Assembly (NCBI GenBank): GCA_013265495.1 | Contig: MU062062.1 | Span: 281,651 to 345,650, forward strand | DNA: 64,000 bases | DNA from: Vicugna vicugna | Taxonomy: Eukaryota | Reading direction: 5' to 3' | Translations under genes and position numbers: made by a program | Part shown: one piece after another, positions 1 through 12,350 of the stretch | Layout of the letters: the number at the start of each line of letters is the position of its first letter | Position numbering within the stretch: position 1 is the stretch's first letter | Notes under the pieces: generated by a model | The model's input: the letters and a program-made list of their open reading frames with translations, nothing else | Databases searched by the model: none | What the model was told of the DNA's origin: nothing

Positions 1-19
1 ATATATAAAGACTCAGCAA

Positions 20-420
20 TTGTTCCAAATTAAGTGATGCTAAAAATAACATGACAACTGGTTGGAACCAGTCATCTTGGATTTTCTTTGTCTATAAAGG
101 ACATTATAGAGACAATTGGTAAAACTTGAACTAGTCTTTATAGTAAAGTGGTCCTGCATCAATGCTAATTCCCTGAATTTGTGTTCAGGTGATAAATAGT
201 GAATTATTTAGGGAAGAAGGATCATCATACATGCACTTAAACATTTTGGAAAAATAATATGCATACTTAAATGTGGAGAGAGAACGGGGGAGTGGATAGA
301 GCAAATACAGTAACCTGTTAACATTTGGGGACTCTGAGTGAAAAGTGTTTTTGAAAAGTGTTTTGAAGTAGTCTTGGTACTATCCGTAAAAGGGTTCTAT
401 CAGTCTGAAATTAAAAGTAT
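20..420 (+). mobile_element. Old L1 (L1M) 3' end remnant
   Basis: Segments such as ctataaaggacattatagagacaattggtaaaacttgaa and catcaatgctaattccctga resemble recalled L1MC/L1ME 3' UTR; boundaries approximate. Confidence 0.5.
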
Positions 421-838
421 ACATTACACTATTTAAGGTGTCATTGGATATAAGTAACTGAAAACCATGAATGTCTGTCATCTGATAAGAAATCATTGTT
501 CTTAAAAAATCATGCTGGTCAAGTTCAAGAGGAACAATTGACTTAAAAAATCAGTTTTATCCCTGAAGGATACTGTGCAGGTATCTCTGCTCAGCTCTCC
601 ATAGGAAGCCATCTGGGTACAAGGTCACGGGGCCAGGGACAAAAGTGCCAAGGACGGAATTTCCTGAGGTTAATAAAAATGACTCTGCAAGCCACCTAGC
701 AGCCCAAGCCTTACGTAAGTTTGAAACAGGGGCTCACTGTAGGCGTGTTTTGTAAGGAGGGGCCGCTCGCTTTGCCTACGCAAATTTGATTCTAAATTAC
801 GAAGCGTTTAACCCGACCAAAGTAAGGCTCAGAAACAC

Positions 839-948
839 CTGGAATTGAAGAAGACGAAATTCTGCGTGCTGTCATCCGCAGAAAAAGTATTTGCATGCCC
901 AAGGAGTGTGTGCACTTCAGTTTTATGAGAGGATTTAATCATTTTCAC
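839..948 (-). other. Candidate exon (unknown product or non-coding)
   Basis: Acceptor gcttttctacag, weak donor AG|gtgttt; only one frame is open (VKMIKSSHKTEVHTLLGHANTFSADDSTQNFVFFNS). Confidence 0.2.
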
Positions 949-2112
949 CTGTAGAAAAGCTTCTCAGACACTTTCTATTTAAAAAAAAAGATTAATACAT
1001 GAACTGAAATGTTCACTCTAAAAATTCCAAGCACAAAACTTTTAAATTCATGTAATAATGCTGACATCCCAAGGAAAATATAACATTAAAAGTAAAATAA
1101 AAAATTGCACGATGAGATGAATCTATTCATAAAATCACAGTGCTCGCTTACAAAGCCCTCCTTAGGGAGTAAATTTATGTCACTTGTAAAAGTCCCTCAG
1201 CCCTGAAATTCCACCAGCAGAAATGCATATTTTGCCCTTTGTAGATTTTCTTAAAATTCTTCTGTTATGAATACGTCCTAAATGGCACAAAATGTAAAGG
1301 ACAGTGTGATGCACCGTTCTGTTTGTTCCTTACAAACCCTGGCCATCGCCTCACATCGGCCGTAAATACGCCAGGGTGCGCAGAGAAGTCTCCTTTCTTC
1401 CTGGAGGGTTCCCAGCCTTTGAGGATGGCCTAACACGATTGCTCTGACAGGGGTTATGACATATGAGTGGGCTCATAGCACGACAAAATCAAAAGTATAC
1501 AAAACCACATCCTCACTGATAAATGTTGGGGGGCTGACACTGGTAGCAGCTGGAGGCAGCCCCCAACCAAAACCTCACCGACTTCCCAGCTTTGACTGTT
1601 CTGAACCAGGCCTGGGACAAGACACAAGAACCAACCAGGAGCATGCAAGTGTGGCCGGCCTCGTTAAGCTTTTGTTCACCCACCTGACAAGCTCTAAAAT
1701 AAGTGAACGCACATTTCCTTCCTCTCGCGGACCCTCTACACCCTCTGAAAATAAAGAGTTAAACTTCTGTCTTTGGAATAAATTGATAAAAAAAAAGAGA
1801 GAAGGATTTCTTTATTGATAAGGTAAGACAGTCGTGCCAACAAGTAACAAGCCAGGCTGCAGTCTGACTGTCACATCCTGAGTGATTTGGGACACGTGAA
1901 CTGATTTCTTGAAGCCTCGCTTGCAAATATAAATGGGCATTAGCACGCCAACTCACACAGATGAGTTACTACTAAGAACATTAAATTAAACGATGCAATA
2001 TACATAGAATACATTAGTAAATACTTTTTCTTTATTTTTCTCATGATTTTACACACTCAACAAATGTTTATATGTGTGTATGCAAATATTTAGAAAGAAG
2101 AGGGTACAGGAC

Positions 2113-2372
2113 ATATGTGTCCACACCCCGTTTCAGGCATGGAACCCCTAACCTCCGCTATGGATGGTACCTCGAGGTAGCATCTTTAGGATGTCATTAG
2201 GCTTGGATGAGGTCACGAGGGTGGGGCCCCTGTGGTGAGATTAGTGCCCCGTAAGAAGAGGAAGGGACCAGACTCTCTCTTCTTCTCTATGTGAGGACAC
2301 CGCAAGTCCCTGCAAGTCAGATGACGCCTGGGACCCAGTACCCAGAATTGCGGGTGTGAGTTTCAAGACCCT
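2113..2372 (+). mobile_element. ERVL-MaLR LTR (MLT1/MST-like)
   Basis: Typical MaLR LTR segments: ggatgaggtcacgagggtggggcccctgtggtgagattagtgccccgtaagaagagg and tctctatgtgaggacaccgc. Confidence 0.7.
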
Positions 2373-2911
2373 GACCCGAATGCAGCACATCTGGGAAGTC
2401 TGGGAATCGTGGAGGGTAACGGAGCAGCAGGATGCCTCTCAGAAAGCGGAAGGAAATGAGGCGAAAAACAGGAATTGATACAACAGCTCGTAAAGCGCTG
2501 GGTCAGGATTCTGTGCTGTTGATAGACAGTGTGCATCCCCCGTTCTAAGCTCTCCTTTGCTCTGTGGTTTCCGGGTTCCCTTGTTGCCGGTATGATGGAT
2601 CCCTCCAGTGACTGACGTTGAAACGAGGGGCAGAGAGCGGAAGGAAGGGCACTGGTTTCCACTGCCAGGTGCAGATGAGATCACAGGCCTTTCCGGAAAG
2701 TGGCACAGGGTCTGGCTGGGGGCTCCGGGTGCAATACTGAGGCTAACAGTCTGGGGTAAAGGAGCTGACTCTGAGAACATGTGTAGCAGCTTCTCCATGA
2801 CTTCTGCATTTCCAGGTCTCCTTTTTGTTTTTAGTTGATTAAACCCGTATTTAATAAGAGCTCCCTGGTGGCAGAGAAAGGTAAAAGATTTGGGCAAAGG
2901 ATATCAATTAC

Positions 2912-2965
2912 TCAGTTTATTTGGATGTTGGTGAATCATCAGAACCTTGTTGATCAGATGGAAAA
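2912..2965 (-). other. Candidate 54-nt exon
   Basis: Acceptor ctttcattcaatctttag, donor GA|gtaatt; length divisible by 3; one frame open (FHLINKVLMIHQHPNKL). Confidence 0.25.
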
Positions 2966-4149
2966 CTAAAGATTGAATGAAAGTAGGGGGATTCGGGGTA
3001 ACAGTGGGTTAATATTAACCTTAATGGAAGTCTTGTGATAGGACACACACTTTTATCTACAAAGCTATCTAGTTCTCAAAAGCACAGAAAAAAAAACAAC
3101 ACAGAGACTAATCTACAAAATCTGTGAATGACATGACTTGGAGCAACCATGTCTATACACCAATATGATAGTCTAAGAATTGTGACTTCAAAGATGCTGC
3201 ATTGTAATATTGGGCAGAAAGCAGCAAAATGAAACTTAATACATGCTTTTTTTCCTTCCAAATATGTATTTCTTTCCAAAGAACTTTATTTTGTTGCATA
3301 TTCTTCTCCATCACAGTTTAAAGTCTCAGTAAGTGCTCATTCTTGTCAATGTTTTCTCAATGGTCTTTAAGGAAAAACATTCACTGATTCGACCTAGTAT
3401 TTCCTGTCTCGGGATTCTGGGACGCAATTTAAAACGCTCTCTGGTGTACTGACGCTGTGTCTTCAGACAAGGGAGGACGCTGCAGCCTTGGTCTCAGTAG
3501 TGACATGCAGCCTAAAAGCAGCACTTCAGTGATGACTCTCATAGTGTCTGTCCCACTCTGGGGAACGTCTAAGGAGGGGCTTTAAACTGAGGAGGGGACA
3601 AAACTATGTGCATGACAATCAAAACAAGCTATGCAACGAGGGAACGTCTGTAAACAACCAAAGCAAGCAGCAGTAGGAAAAAATTAGAAAAGAACGTAGC
3701 ACATCCTCTGAAAGAAATGTTATGCTCTCCTTCAAAATGATGGTTAAGAAGAAATGAATGCTGTGCAAATGTCTGCACTATCATAAGGACAACTTTAAAG
3801 AACATGGTCATGCTTTGCCTTCAACTGTAATTATGTAAAACAAATTCATAAGAAAAAGACTGGAAGGAAATAGACAAAACTATTAAACCAAAATTTGGTA
3901 GGATAGAATTGTGATAATTCTTAAATATTATTTCATATATACATATATATTACATGTATCTTATATTCTATAGTGTAAATGATGCTATAATATGGAACTT
4001 AGTGGACAGAGAACCCCCCGTTTACCCACACACAACATTTCCCTCTTGTGCTCCAGTCTCCACGCCGTTATTCAGTCCAATGTATGTTTTTATGTATCTG
4101 CTGATTTTCATAATGAAACATTAATCTCTTTTGAGGACAAGATTTAGGT

Positions 4150-4230
4150 TTTATTCATTTTCTAAGGCCCCACTTATGAAGTGCTTTGCACAAAATGAGC
4201 ACTCGATAAATACTTGTTAAACAAATAAAC
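4150..4230 (+). mobile_element. L2/MIR 3' tail remnant
   Basis: gcactcgataaatacttgttaaacaaataaa resembles the L2 3' terminus (gcgctcaataaatatttgttgaatgaatgaa). Confidence 0.4.
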
Positions 4231-5789
4231 TGTCAAAACCAAGCGTTAATATAAAGTGTTTTGATTGAAAAACTACTATCCTCTTAGTACGCCCAGAACG
4301 CGCACTGAACGCCCAGCAAGCGCTACATTTAAATTACCAGCAAGTTTCAATTTCAGACTAACTTGTTTAGAAACGAAAGAAATTAGATCAATAAATCAAT
4401 AAAGTGGAAAATATGACCGATCCGTGGTGACATGAGACAAACGGGCTATCTGCCCTGCACAGACCCGATGTGACGCTCTCCAACAGAGTGGGATTGTTTC
4501 TATTTGAAAACCCTGAGAGGAGTTTCCCCTAGAGAGTGAGGAGGAAGAAAAATTGTAACTACCTGTGTTGTCATGAAGAACTACAAATCCATCTTGCACG
4601 CATGTTAGAAAATGTGTTCCTTACACGAGACTTGAATTATGTGCCTTACAGCACTCTAACAGTGCAACCCCGAGACATTCTAAAGAATTAAGCAATATAT
4701 TCACAAAATGAAAACAAATATGTGTGGCTGCCTGTGTAAGAAAGACAGATCACAGACCATTATTGCAATGACTAGACGTGAGATGGGTATCTAAAATATA
4801 TTCCAGTCTACGTAAATGGACACAGCTCTATAGGCACAGATAAATTTATGTCTCCATAAATGTTCATGCAGCCTTTGCCTTCTCCGCCCCCAGGACACAC
4901 AATCTGACTTACACAAGCACGGGGAGGGCCCCGTAAACACAGCCCACATTCCTTAGATCTGACTGCCATTAATCACCGGTGATCCCGGGTCAGTGAATAT
5001 CTGGCTTCCATAATATGGGGGAAAATATGTTTCACCCACAGACACTGGAGCTTCCAAAGAAAAATAACCCCCCTTCAGATTACAGAGACTGCAAGGACAC
5101 ATACCAGAGCAAACGCTAAGCAGGCTGGCCGACGTTCTAGGTGACAAGACTTGTTAAAGTACAAAGTTAAAACAAATATATATATTTAAAAATAACAGAA
5201 TCATAAAAATATTTTGATACGTTCATCAGAGAGGAGATACTTAGCTGGAACTTCCCCTCCCAGATCTGCCTGGGTATCAACGCATATGGTAGCAGTTAAC
5301 CCTCCGGGAACTAGGCTGGGCCAACACCTCCTCAGATTAGTATCTTAATTTGTCTAAAAATTGAAATGTTACTTGTATAGAATGGAGACTTGTTGGGCGA
5401 AGACACATTACGGAAATACTGTACCACCTTCCATAAGCATTACATTCGGTTAAGAAGTTCTTAACTGGGGCCGCTGATGGAGGTTAAGGCTCAGTCAGGG
5501 ACAACTCAGTGTCTTTAACTTCGTGGCACGGGGGGATCTGAGCTTTGGAATCAAGAACTTAAGGCTACGCTGTGGTTGTGTGACTCACCGCATAGACTCT
5601 TGGCCTGTTTACTTTCAGTGGACGGAGTTTTCCTTGTGTTCAAAATAATGCCGCAGAATCGAAACGGTTCAAAAGTGCATAGCTTGCCCTATGTTGAATC
5701 AGAACATAAAATTATAGTTGAAAAGTTACGTGGCTATTATTGTGGATTCGGCATAAACGTGCATCTCCCGGACAACAAAAGCTTTTACT

Positions 5790-6190
5790 GAGGAAACCGA
5801 GAGCCCGCGTGAAGCAGCCGAAGGCGCGCCCGCACCTACGGGGCGCCAGCCCGACGGCCGGGTGCGCGGACGCAGCGGCGGGCGGCGGCGGCTTCTCGGG
5901 ACGCTCCGTCCGCCCGCAAGGCGGGCTGATGCGGGCAGGGCCTCGGGCGCCCTGCCTCCCGCCTCCCCCTCGGGGCCTCCGATCCCATCCCCCGAGGGGT
6001 CCCCTCCTACGGAGAGCGGCCGGTCGCGTGGGCTGGCTCCAGCAGCTCTGTCCCCTGCGGGCTGTGGTCCCATCGCAGGGCCGCTGTGGCCTCCCGGCCA
6101 GGGAGCCGCAGTTGGCTTCAGCCGCGGCCCCTGGCCTCGCGAAGCGGGGCAGACGTCTCGGGCTTTGTCAGCCCAGCACCGCCTTTGCTA
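5790..6190. promoter_or_regulatory. CpG island 1, promoter-like
   Basis: Very GC- and CpG-dense stretch (ggcggcggcggc, cgcgcccgc); CpGs are also retained in the AT-rich left flank; minus-strand donor TAG|gtgcgg at 5836/5835. Confidence 0.8.
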
Positions 6191-7636
6191 TCTCTGCAGT
6201 GTTTCCACATGACCCTCTTCCAAAGTAAACACAGCTCCATCTATTAAGTAACTGAGTCCAGAACCTTTATTAAGTGTTTACGTCCTAACAACTTAGTGGC
6301 CACTGGAAAAAAATAATACACGTAAGCTGAAGGATAAATAATATTTTTATTTTGTAGTTAAATAACTATGATTACTCAGTAGTGGGAAACGTGCACCTGC
6401 TGGGCATTGCACAATTTCTTAATCCTCATTTCTTGATCCACATGGATTTTTAATGCATGTGTTTTTGTCACAGCGAGCACCGAAACCCCCGCTTTGCAAA
6501 GATGTGACGTTACTGAAAAGAATACAGTGCGATCTAAGGTTGAAACCAGCAATTATTCAAGCTAGTATTTTAGCAGATCTCAAGTATCTTTGTGCCTCCT
6601 TCAAAAATTTAAAATATCTCGTAGTGCCCACCCCTCCACCCCAGTGAGTCCGCTTGGTCCCCAGGGGCACCTTGATACAGCTTCTGAACCATGATAATAA
6701 GGAAAATGTAGGTTACATGATACACAATAACCTAAGGATGCTTAAATGAACATGGTACATTTTTTCTCAGAAGGGAGTAGCGGGCAGGGCAGAGATGTAG
6801 TGTGTTAGGGAGGGTTCACCCCAGTTAATTATGAACTACAGTAACAGTTATAAGAGTTGTAAGAAAAATTAATCCCTGAGGAAGAGTCTACTGAAGAGCT
6901 CAGTGTGAAAAGATGGATGGAAAGTGCGCTGAGATGCATGAAGAGTCAAGGTCGCCGCGCAGTGACACGACTGGAGTCGTTACTGAACCTGGTTTTGGAT
7001 GGGGCTGCACCATCAGAGACGTAACTATTGGGCTGATGATGGGGACGTGCTAATGGGACGCCCCTCCTGTCGTCCAGGTACAAGGGGGGAGGACGCTTTC
7101 CCCGGTCTCCTTGGACCTTGCTCCATCAATCGGGACCTTCCCCTCTTCATCTGTCGCTTGAACAGTGCCTTCTCCAGTGGCTTCTTTCCATCAGCATAAA
7201 CACGAACCCACTGAAATCTGACTGCTTCCTTCTCACTGCAGCAAGTGATGCCCGTTCGTGCTCAATAGTCTCCATAACGCAAACCCAGCGGGCACCTGTC
7301 ATTATCTCACCAAATTCTCAAAACCGTGCCCCCACTCCCTGTCCTTCCTTCTGCCTCCTGTTTGTTTCTTCTCCCTGGACACATATTCATCTCCTCTGCA
7401 GACTTCTCTACGTCTGTTATCCCTTTAAATTCCCTTCATAGCTTCGCACAGCCCTCTACTCGCTCTGTAAATGTGGCCCATCCTCTCCTCAGGCTCTCCT
7501 CCTACTGACCAGCCTCTGGTCCAGCCAGGCTCCCACCCACACCGACCTGCAGTCACACTGAACCCACTGCCACGCCCCACATTGCCACGCTCTTCCATGC
7601 TGCTGTGCCTTTCCACACAGATTCCCTCCCTCCCGG

Positions 7637-7770
7637 ACAGGCCGCAGGACCTGTAGAGCCCAATGCGAAATGAAAAAGCGGGGCCCCTTGGCCAAAAATT
7701 ATCAAGAATTTCAAGATGATGACATCAGAGCATGAAGCCAAGCACAGGTCCCCTCTGATGTGGCATCACT
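7637..7770 (-). mobile_element. hAT-type MITE (MER96-like)
   Basis: gcccaatgcgaaatgaaaaagcggggccccttggccaaaaattatcaagaatttcaagatgatgacatcagagcatgaagccaagc matches the reverse complement of the recalled MER96-like consensus. Confidence 0.6.
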
Positions 7771-10700
7771 CACAGCCAGCTCATCCTCATCCTCTCCTCA
7801 CCCTTTGGCACCCATCTCACGCTGCCTCTCTTCCAGGGGCCTGCCTGACCGTGTGACCCACCGGTCTGGGTGGCCATGTGTCCTCTAGGCCCCACTCCTG
7901 CGCACACCTCGACCCCGTTCTTCTCGTCCTCCATGGGTGCTGGCTTCCTTGCCCACTTTCCTGACTGCACTGCGACATCATTAACAGTGCGTCTCTGAAG
8001 CTCCAGCACTCTGGACCGTGCCTGGTAAAATTCAGTCCCCAGTGAAAGTAAGTAATGGGATGCGGGCAAAGGATAGAAAGAAAAATGTACATAGGACATA
8101 GATCTGGACAATGAGATGGATAAGAAACAAATCCAAAGATACGATTCTATGTGGACTGGATGACAGTTCAAGGAAGCAGAATGGAGAGGGGAATGACAAA
8201 CTGAGGGGGGGCGATACTTCAGCCTAGATTTGCTTGAAGATCCAGCAAATCTGACCTCCACATACACGATGCTTATTCATCTAGTTCCAAAGTTTACATA
8301 CAAAATCCCAAATGAGGAACAGGAGCGTGACCTTCCACCTAAGTTAATCCTACCAAAACCGAAAGCCCACGTACAGCTTTTCAGACCTGTCCTGTTGGTG
8401 CCTGCTGTTTGCCCTGTCCCTGGAGGGGAAGAGGATGCAGCACTGGAGGAAGCTTCACAAAGTCCACCTCTACCATTTATTTCCAGCGAGCGCCCACCCA
8501 CTGCCGTGCGGACCTTTCCAGATGAGACGCGTGGTTGGGGGGGAAGGTGCAACAACACGTGTGCCAAAGCACACGGTGCCTCCAGACCACAGCGTCCATT
8601 TCACACGCACATGATGGCACTGCTGAGCCAACGGAACGTCACAGCCGGGGCCAGGACGCTCTGCATCCTGCTCAGAGCATCACAGCGGTTTCCTTAATAT
8701 CTGGCTTAATTGAATTTCATGAAATACGTGTCTCATAAAACCTGTGTCTAAAAATATCTTGCGCTTGATCATCCTGCTATCCAATTGGCTACAAGTGAGC
8801 CTCCACATTTCTTTCTTTTTAACAAAGAAGCGTACTGCTGGCAGGAGCAGCGCAGCAAGCGTCCAGAACACGATGCCAGCATCATCCAACTCAGAGGCAG
8901 AGTTTCATACAAGAAATTGGTCTCTAGAGCCTGAGGGGTCAAGACGACCTCTGGTAACTGAAGGATTAAATATTGTTAGTGTGAGAACAGTTTAAAATTG
9001 TGTGCATTTGATGCTCTACATAGGACTGTGAGTAGATTTAATTATAGAAAATAGTCAAAAATAAAGGAAAGAAAGGGAGGTGTGCAACTGTGGAAGGAGC
9101 GTATTGGGTTCCTCTGGCTGGTCCAGTGTCGGGAGCAGAACAGGATAGATGGCAGCCGCTGTCCACGTCCTGACGGCCCTGGAATGATTTCAGCAGACAT
9201 TGTGGGTCAGACTCCTGTCGTCACGTGTGGTCTGGACGCTGTCCATTTGTATATTCAGTCTCTCAATAGCAATGAACTCCCAAGAAGATCTCATAAGTAG
9301 CTGTATTAAAACTGAGGTATCACAGGATTTACGATACAGCAGGAGGAAAAATGAGGCACTGAGGTGCCACCTGTGAGCGCCTACTCTGCTGTGAGAACCA
9401 CCTATGGCACATAATGTTATATATTTGAAACTGAAAACAAGAAATTTATATTATTGACTCTGTATTGAGGTGGAGAATGTACCCACAACGTCTGAATTTG
9501 TCCAAGAACAGAGAGAAAGATCTTTTAAATGGTGCAAAATGCCTGACAACCATCCTCCACCCTGAAAGAGAGAGAGAGAGAGAGGTTTTACTATTGCTTC
9601 CCTCAAAAGCACTAAGAAATTATATTTCCCCCATCAAATACCCAGGAGAATCTCTGTTCCTGTCCCGCTGACCCACACTGTACACCATGCATCTCCCCGA
9701 CATGGATGGAAGGCGGTGCTGCTGCCATGTCGGTCAACAGTTTAAACCCGAGCCCCATGCCCACCTAGACCCAGTGTTGGAGCCGGGGTCCTAGAAGCGC
9801 ATGGACTGCCTGGTGTCGGGGGCTGAACTGTGTGGAAACGAAATAAATTGGGAGAGCTACAGGGAGAAGAAGGGGTGGGTATTCAGCAAGAAACTACAGT
9901 GTCCAGTAGAATAAAAGATCTCCGTATATTAGTACTTACAATATGGAATAGCAGAGAGGGTGTTACCAGTGATCACACACTCTGTCATCTTAAAGCATTT
10001 TTAAAATATCAATTTTTGTAATTTTCTTAAAGGTTCAGTGTACATGATCTTAAATTTTTTACTTCTCAATGTTTTAATAGATTAACATTATTCTGATTAA
10101 TGAAATAAACTGACTTTCAATGCCAAAAGAAGTTGGAAAACACAGCAAAATTTAGAATTGCCAATAATTGCTGTGCTCAGAGAAAACCAGAAATAATAGT
10201 TTTGGTCTGTTCCCTCCCAGTATGATGTATGTGTGTATTATGTTATTATTTAAAGCACCAGTTCTCAGCTGTGATTACATGCCCTAATTTTTAAGTTATA
10301 ATTCACTAATATTGTATTTCATCTTTGTAAAATATTTTTCTTATCTTCTATGTTATTTCTAACTCCTTCAGCTGAATGTTTATTCTATTCATCTTTTATT
10401 CCATAATATTAACTTTTAAGGTTTTTTTTAACGTGGCTTTGACCACACTGAACGCATTTTCAGAGAGTCCCCGCTGCTGATGTTTTACAGATTTCACTTT
10501 CCATTTACCTTATAATTAATTAGCATAATAACATAATATTAAAATGCTAGAATTGTTCTTTTGTTATGTTACCTTTATATTATTATTTTACTGCGTTGCG
10601 TTTTAGAAAAACATGGCTTGTGAAATTTCTGCTTTGGAGAAAACAGATCATTTGTTACACAGAACATGAAGTACTCCTGGTGACATGAGGTCATTTCAGT

Positions 10701-11312
10701 ATTCGTGGCTTTTCCAGGGGGCACAGAAAGGAAGTTCTATTCCTTTGAGGACAGTGTCCAGCGTGGCCATCAGAGGTAGGGTTTTTGGAAGCGGAGCCTG
10801 AGGTGAGTCTGGTCTGCACTCTTATCTTAGGGTCGACACCTGGGGGAAGGAGGCGAGGAGGCAGGAATGGGCTGAGGACAGAGTCAGATTCGAGGCAGGT
10901 TCAAAGGGAGGGAAACTGTGGGGCCAGCACTGGTCACGGAGGCTCAGAGTGGAGGGGAAAGGCCAGACTTTATACCCCCAGGAAGTCGATGGAACCAAGC
11001 TGCCCCCAAGAGAGAGAGGTGTGTGTGCCTGAGGACGGTGTCGCTGCAGATGAGGCAGACTGAGCGACTGACCAGGAGGGCTGGGTGCTGACCGCTGGGC
11101 AAAAGGTGCCCTTAGAAGGGGAGGGGACTGTCTCCGTGCTGCCCACCACACATGTTAAAACAGCCCCATGAATTGTTACTCAGATTTTCTATATTCTGGG
11201 CCCCAGAAATATTTATTCTGCCTACTGGTTTTATCAAAAACTGGGGAAACCTGTTGAAGCTCCTAGTTTTTGTCAACCTTGCCTCGCATTTCTTCAAAAA
11301 AAAGTTAAAGCT

Positions 11313-11497
11313 GGGGGGGAGGGTATAGCTCAGTGGTTTAGAGCACATGTTCAGCATCCTGGGCTCAATCCCCAGTACCTCCATTAAATTAGCTAACTAA
11401 ATAGACCTAACTACCCACCCCACAAAATAAAAATAATTAAAAATTAAAAAGTTAAAAATAAATTAAAAATAAAAAGCTTTGACATACTAAAAAGTTA
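11313..11497 (+). mobile_element. Camelid tRNA-derived SINE (Vic-1-like)
   Basis: Head ggggggagggtatagctcagtgg with A/B-box remnants, A-rich tail, 17-bp TSD aaaaaaaagttaaagct at 11296-11312 and 11498-11514. Confidence 0.9.
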
Positions 11498-11529
11498 AAA
11501 AAAAAGTTAAAGCTTTTCACCTTAATTTC

Positions 11530-12350
11530 AGCTAACAAAAAATTGGAATAATAATCATACAGAGACTCCCCACAGCCCCTTCCCTCTGTTTCTCCATTAT
11601 AACCACAAACCGTGACCACGATCAGAAAGTGAACGTCAGTGAGGTGCCATCCACGAAGCTACAGGCCTGATTTGAATGTTGCCAGTTAGCCAACTATTGC
11701 TCTTTCTTGTGGTTGTTCCAGGAGCTCGTCCCAGACCCCTGCTCCTCCAGTCCGGAAGCGTGCGTCGGCCTTTACTGGTGCCTCAGGACCCTGGCGTGTT
11801 GACGTGTACCGGCTGGTTACTGTCTAGGATGCCCCTCAAGTCAGGCCTGTTTTGGGGTAATTTCTAATTAGGGTTTTTTTTTCCCACTAGAAATCCACGG
11901 ACTGTGCGCCCTTCTCAGTGCACGGGGGTCACGAGGTACATGGCACTGACACCTCCCATTACTGCAGGGGTCACATCACTCTCATTACTTCGATAACCTG
12001 GGTAAAGTACAGTTTTAATTTCTCCCTCTGTCATGAGAGAGCATCCTGTGTGTGGCGACACCTTTAGAATGTTTAAGTGTTCTGCGTCTCTTCGCACTGT
12101 TGCCTCATTGTAGCACCTGTGCTAACTCTTTGATTGCGGTGGTTGTAAACGGCCACTTTCCTTTTCATCATTGGGAGAAGTTTCCCTTCTTCCCCACTGA
12201 TTTATTTACTTGCTCATTTATATCAGGAGAGACTCATGGATGTTTGTTTTATGTGAGTTATAATTCATGACAGTCATTAATTATTCTGAGGCTCACATTG
12301 TCCCACATTCTCCTTGCATTTATATTTTGTTCTCTTTTATGACATGCTCT
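11530..12350 (-). mobile_element. Old L1M 3' region, antisense
   Basis: Segments such as acagagactccccacagccccttccctctgtttctcc, acaggcctgatttgaatgttgccagtt and gtttgttttatgtgagttataattc resemble antisense L1MC/MD 3' ends. Confidence 0.55.

Noticed and set aside
5726-6228. Overlapping 115-162 aa ORFs in island 1
   Set aside because: Open in several frames on both strands, typical of CpG-island shadow ORFs.
11313-11385. tRNA-like sequence (also 22250-22317 and 41180-41255)
   Set aside because: SINE heads with A-rich tails and TSDs, not functional tRNA genes.
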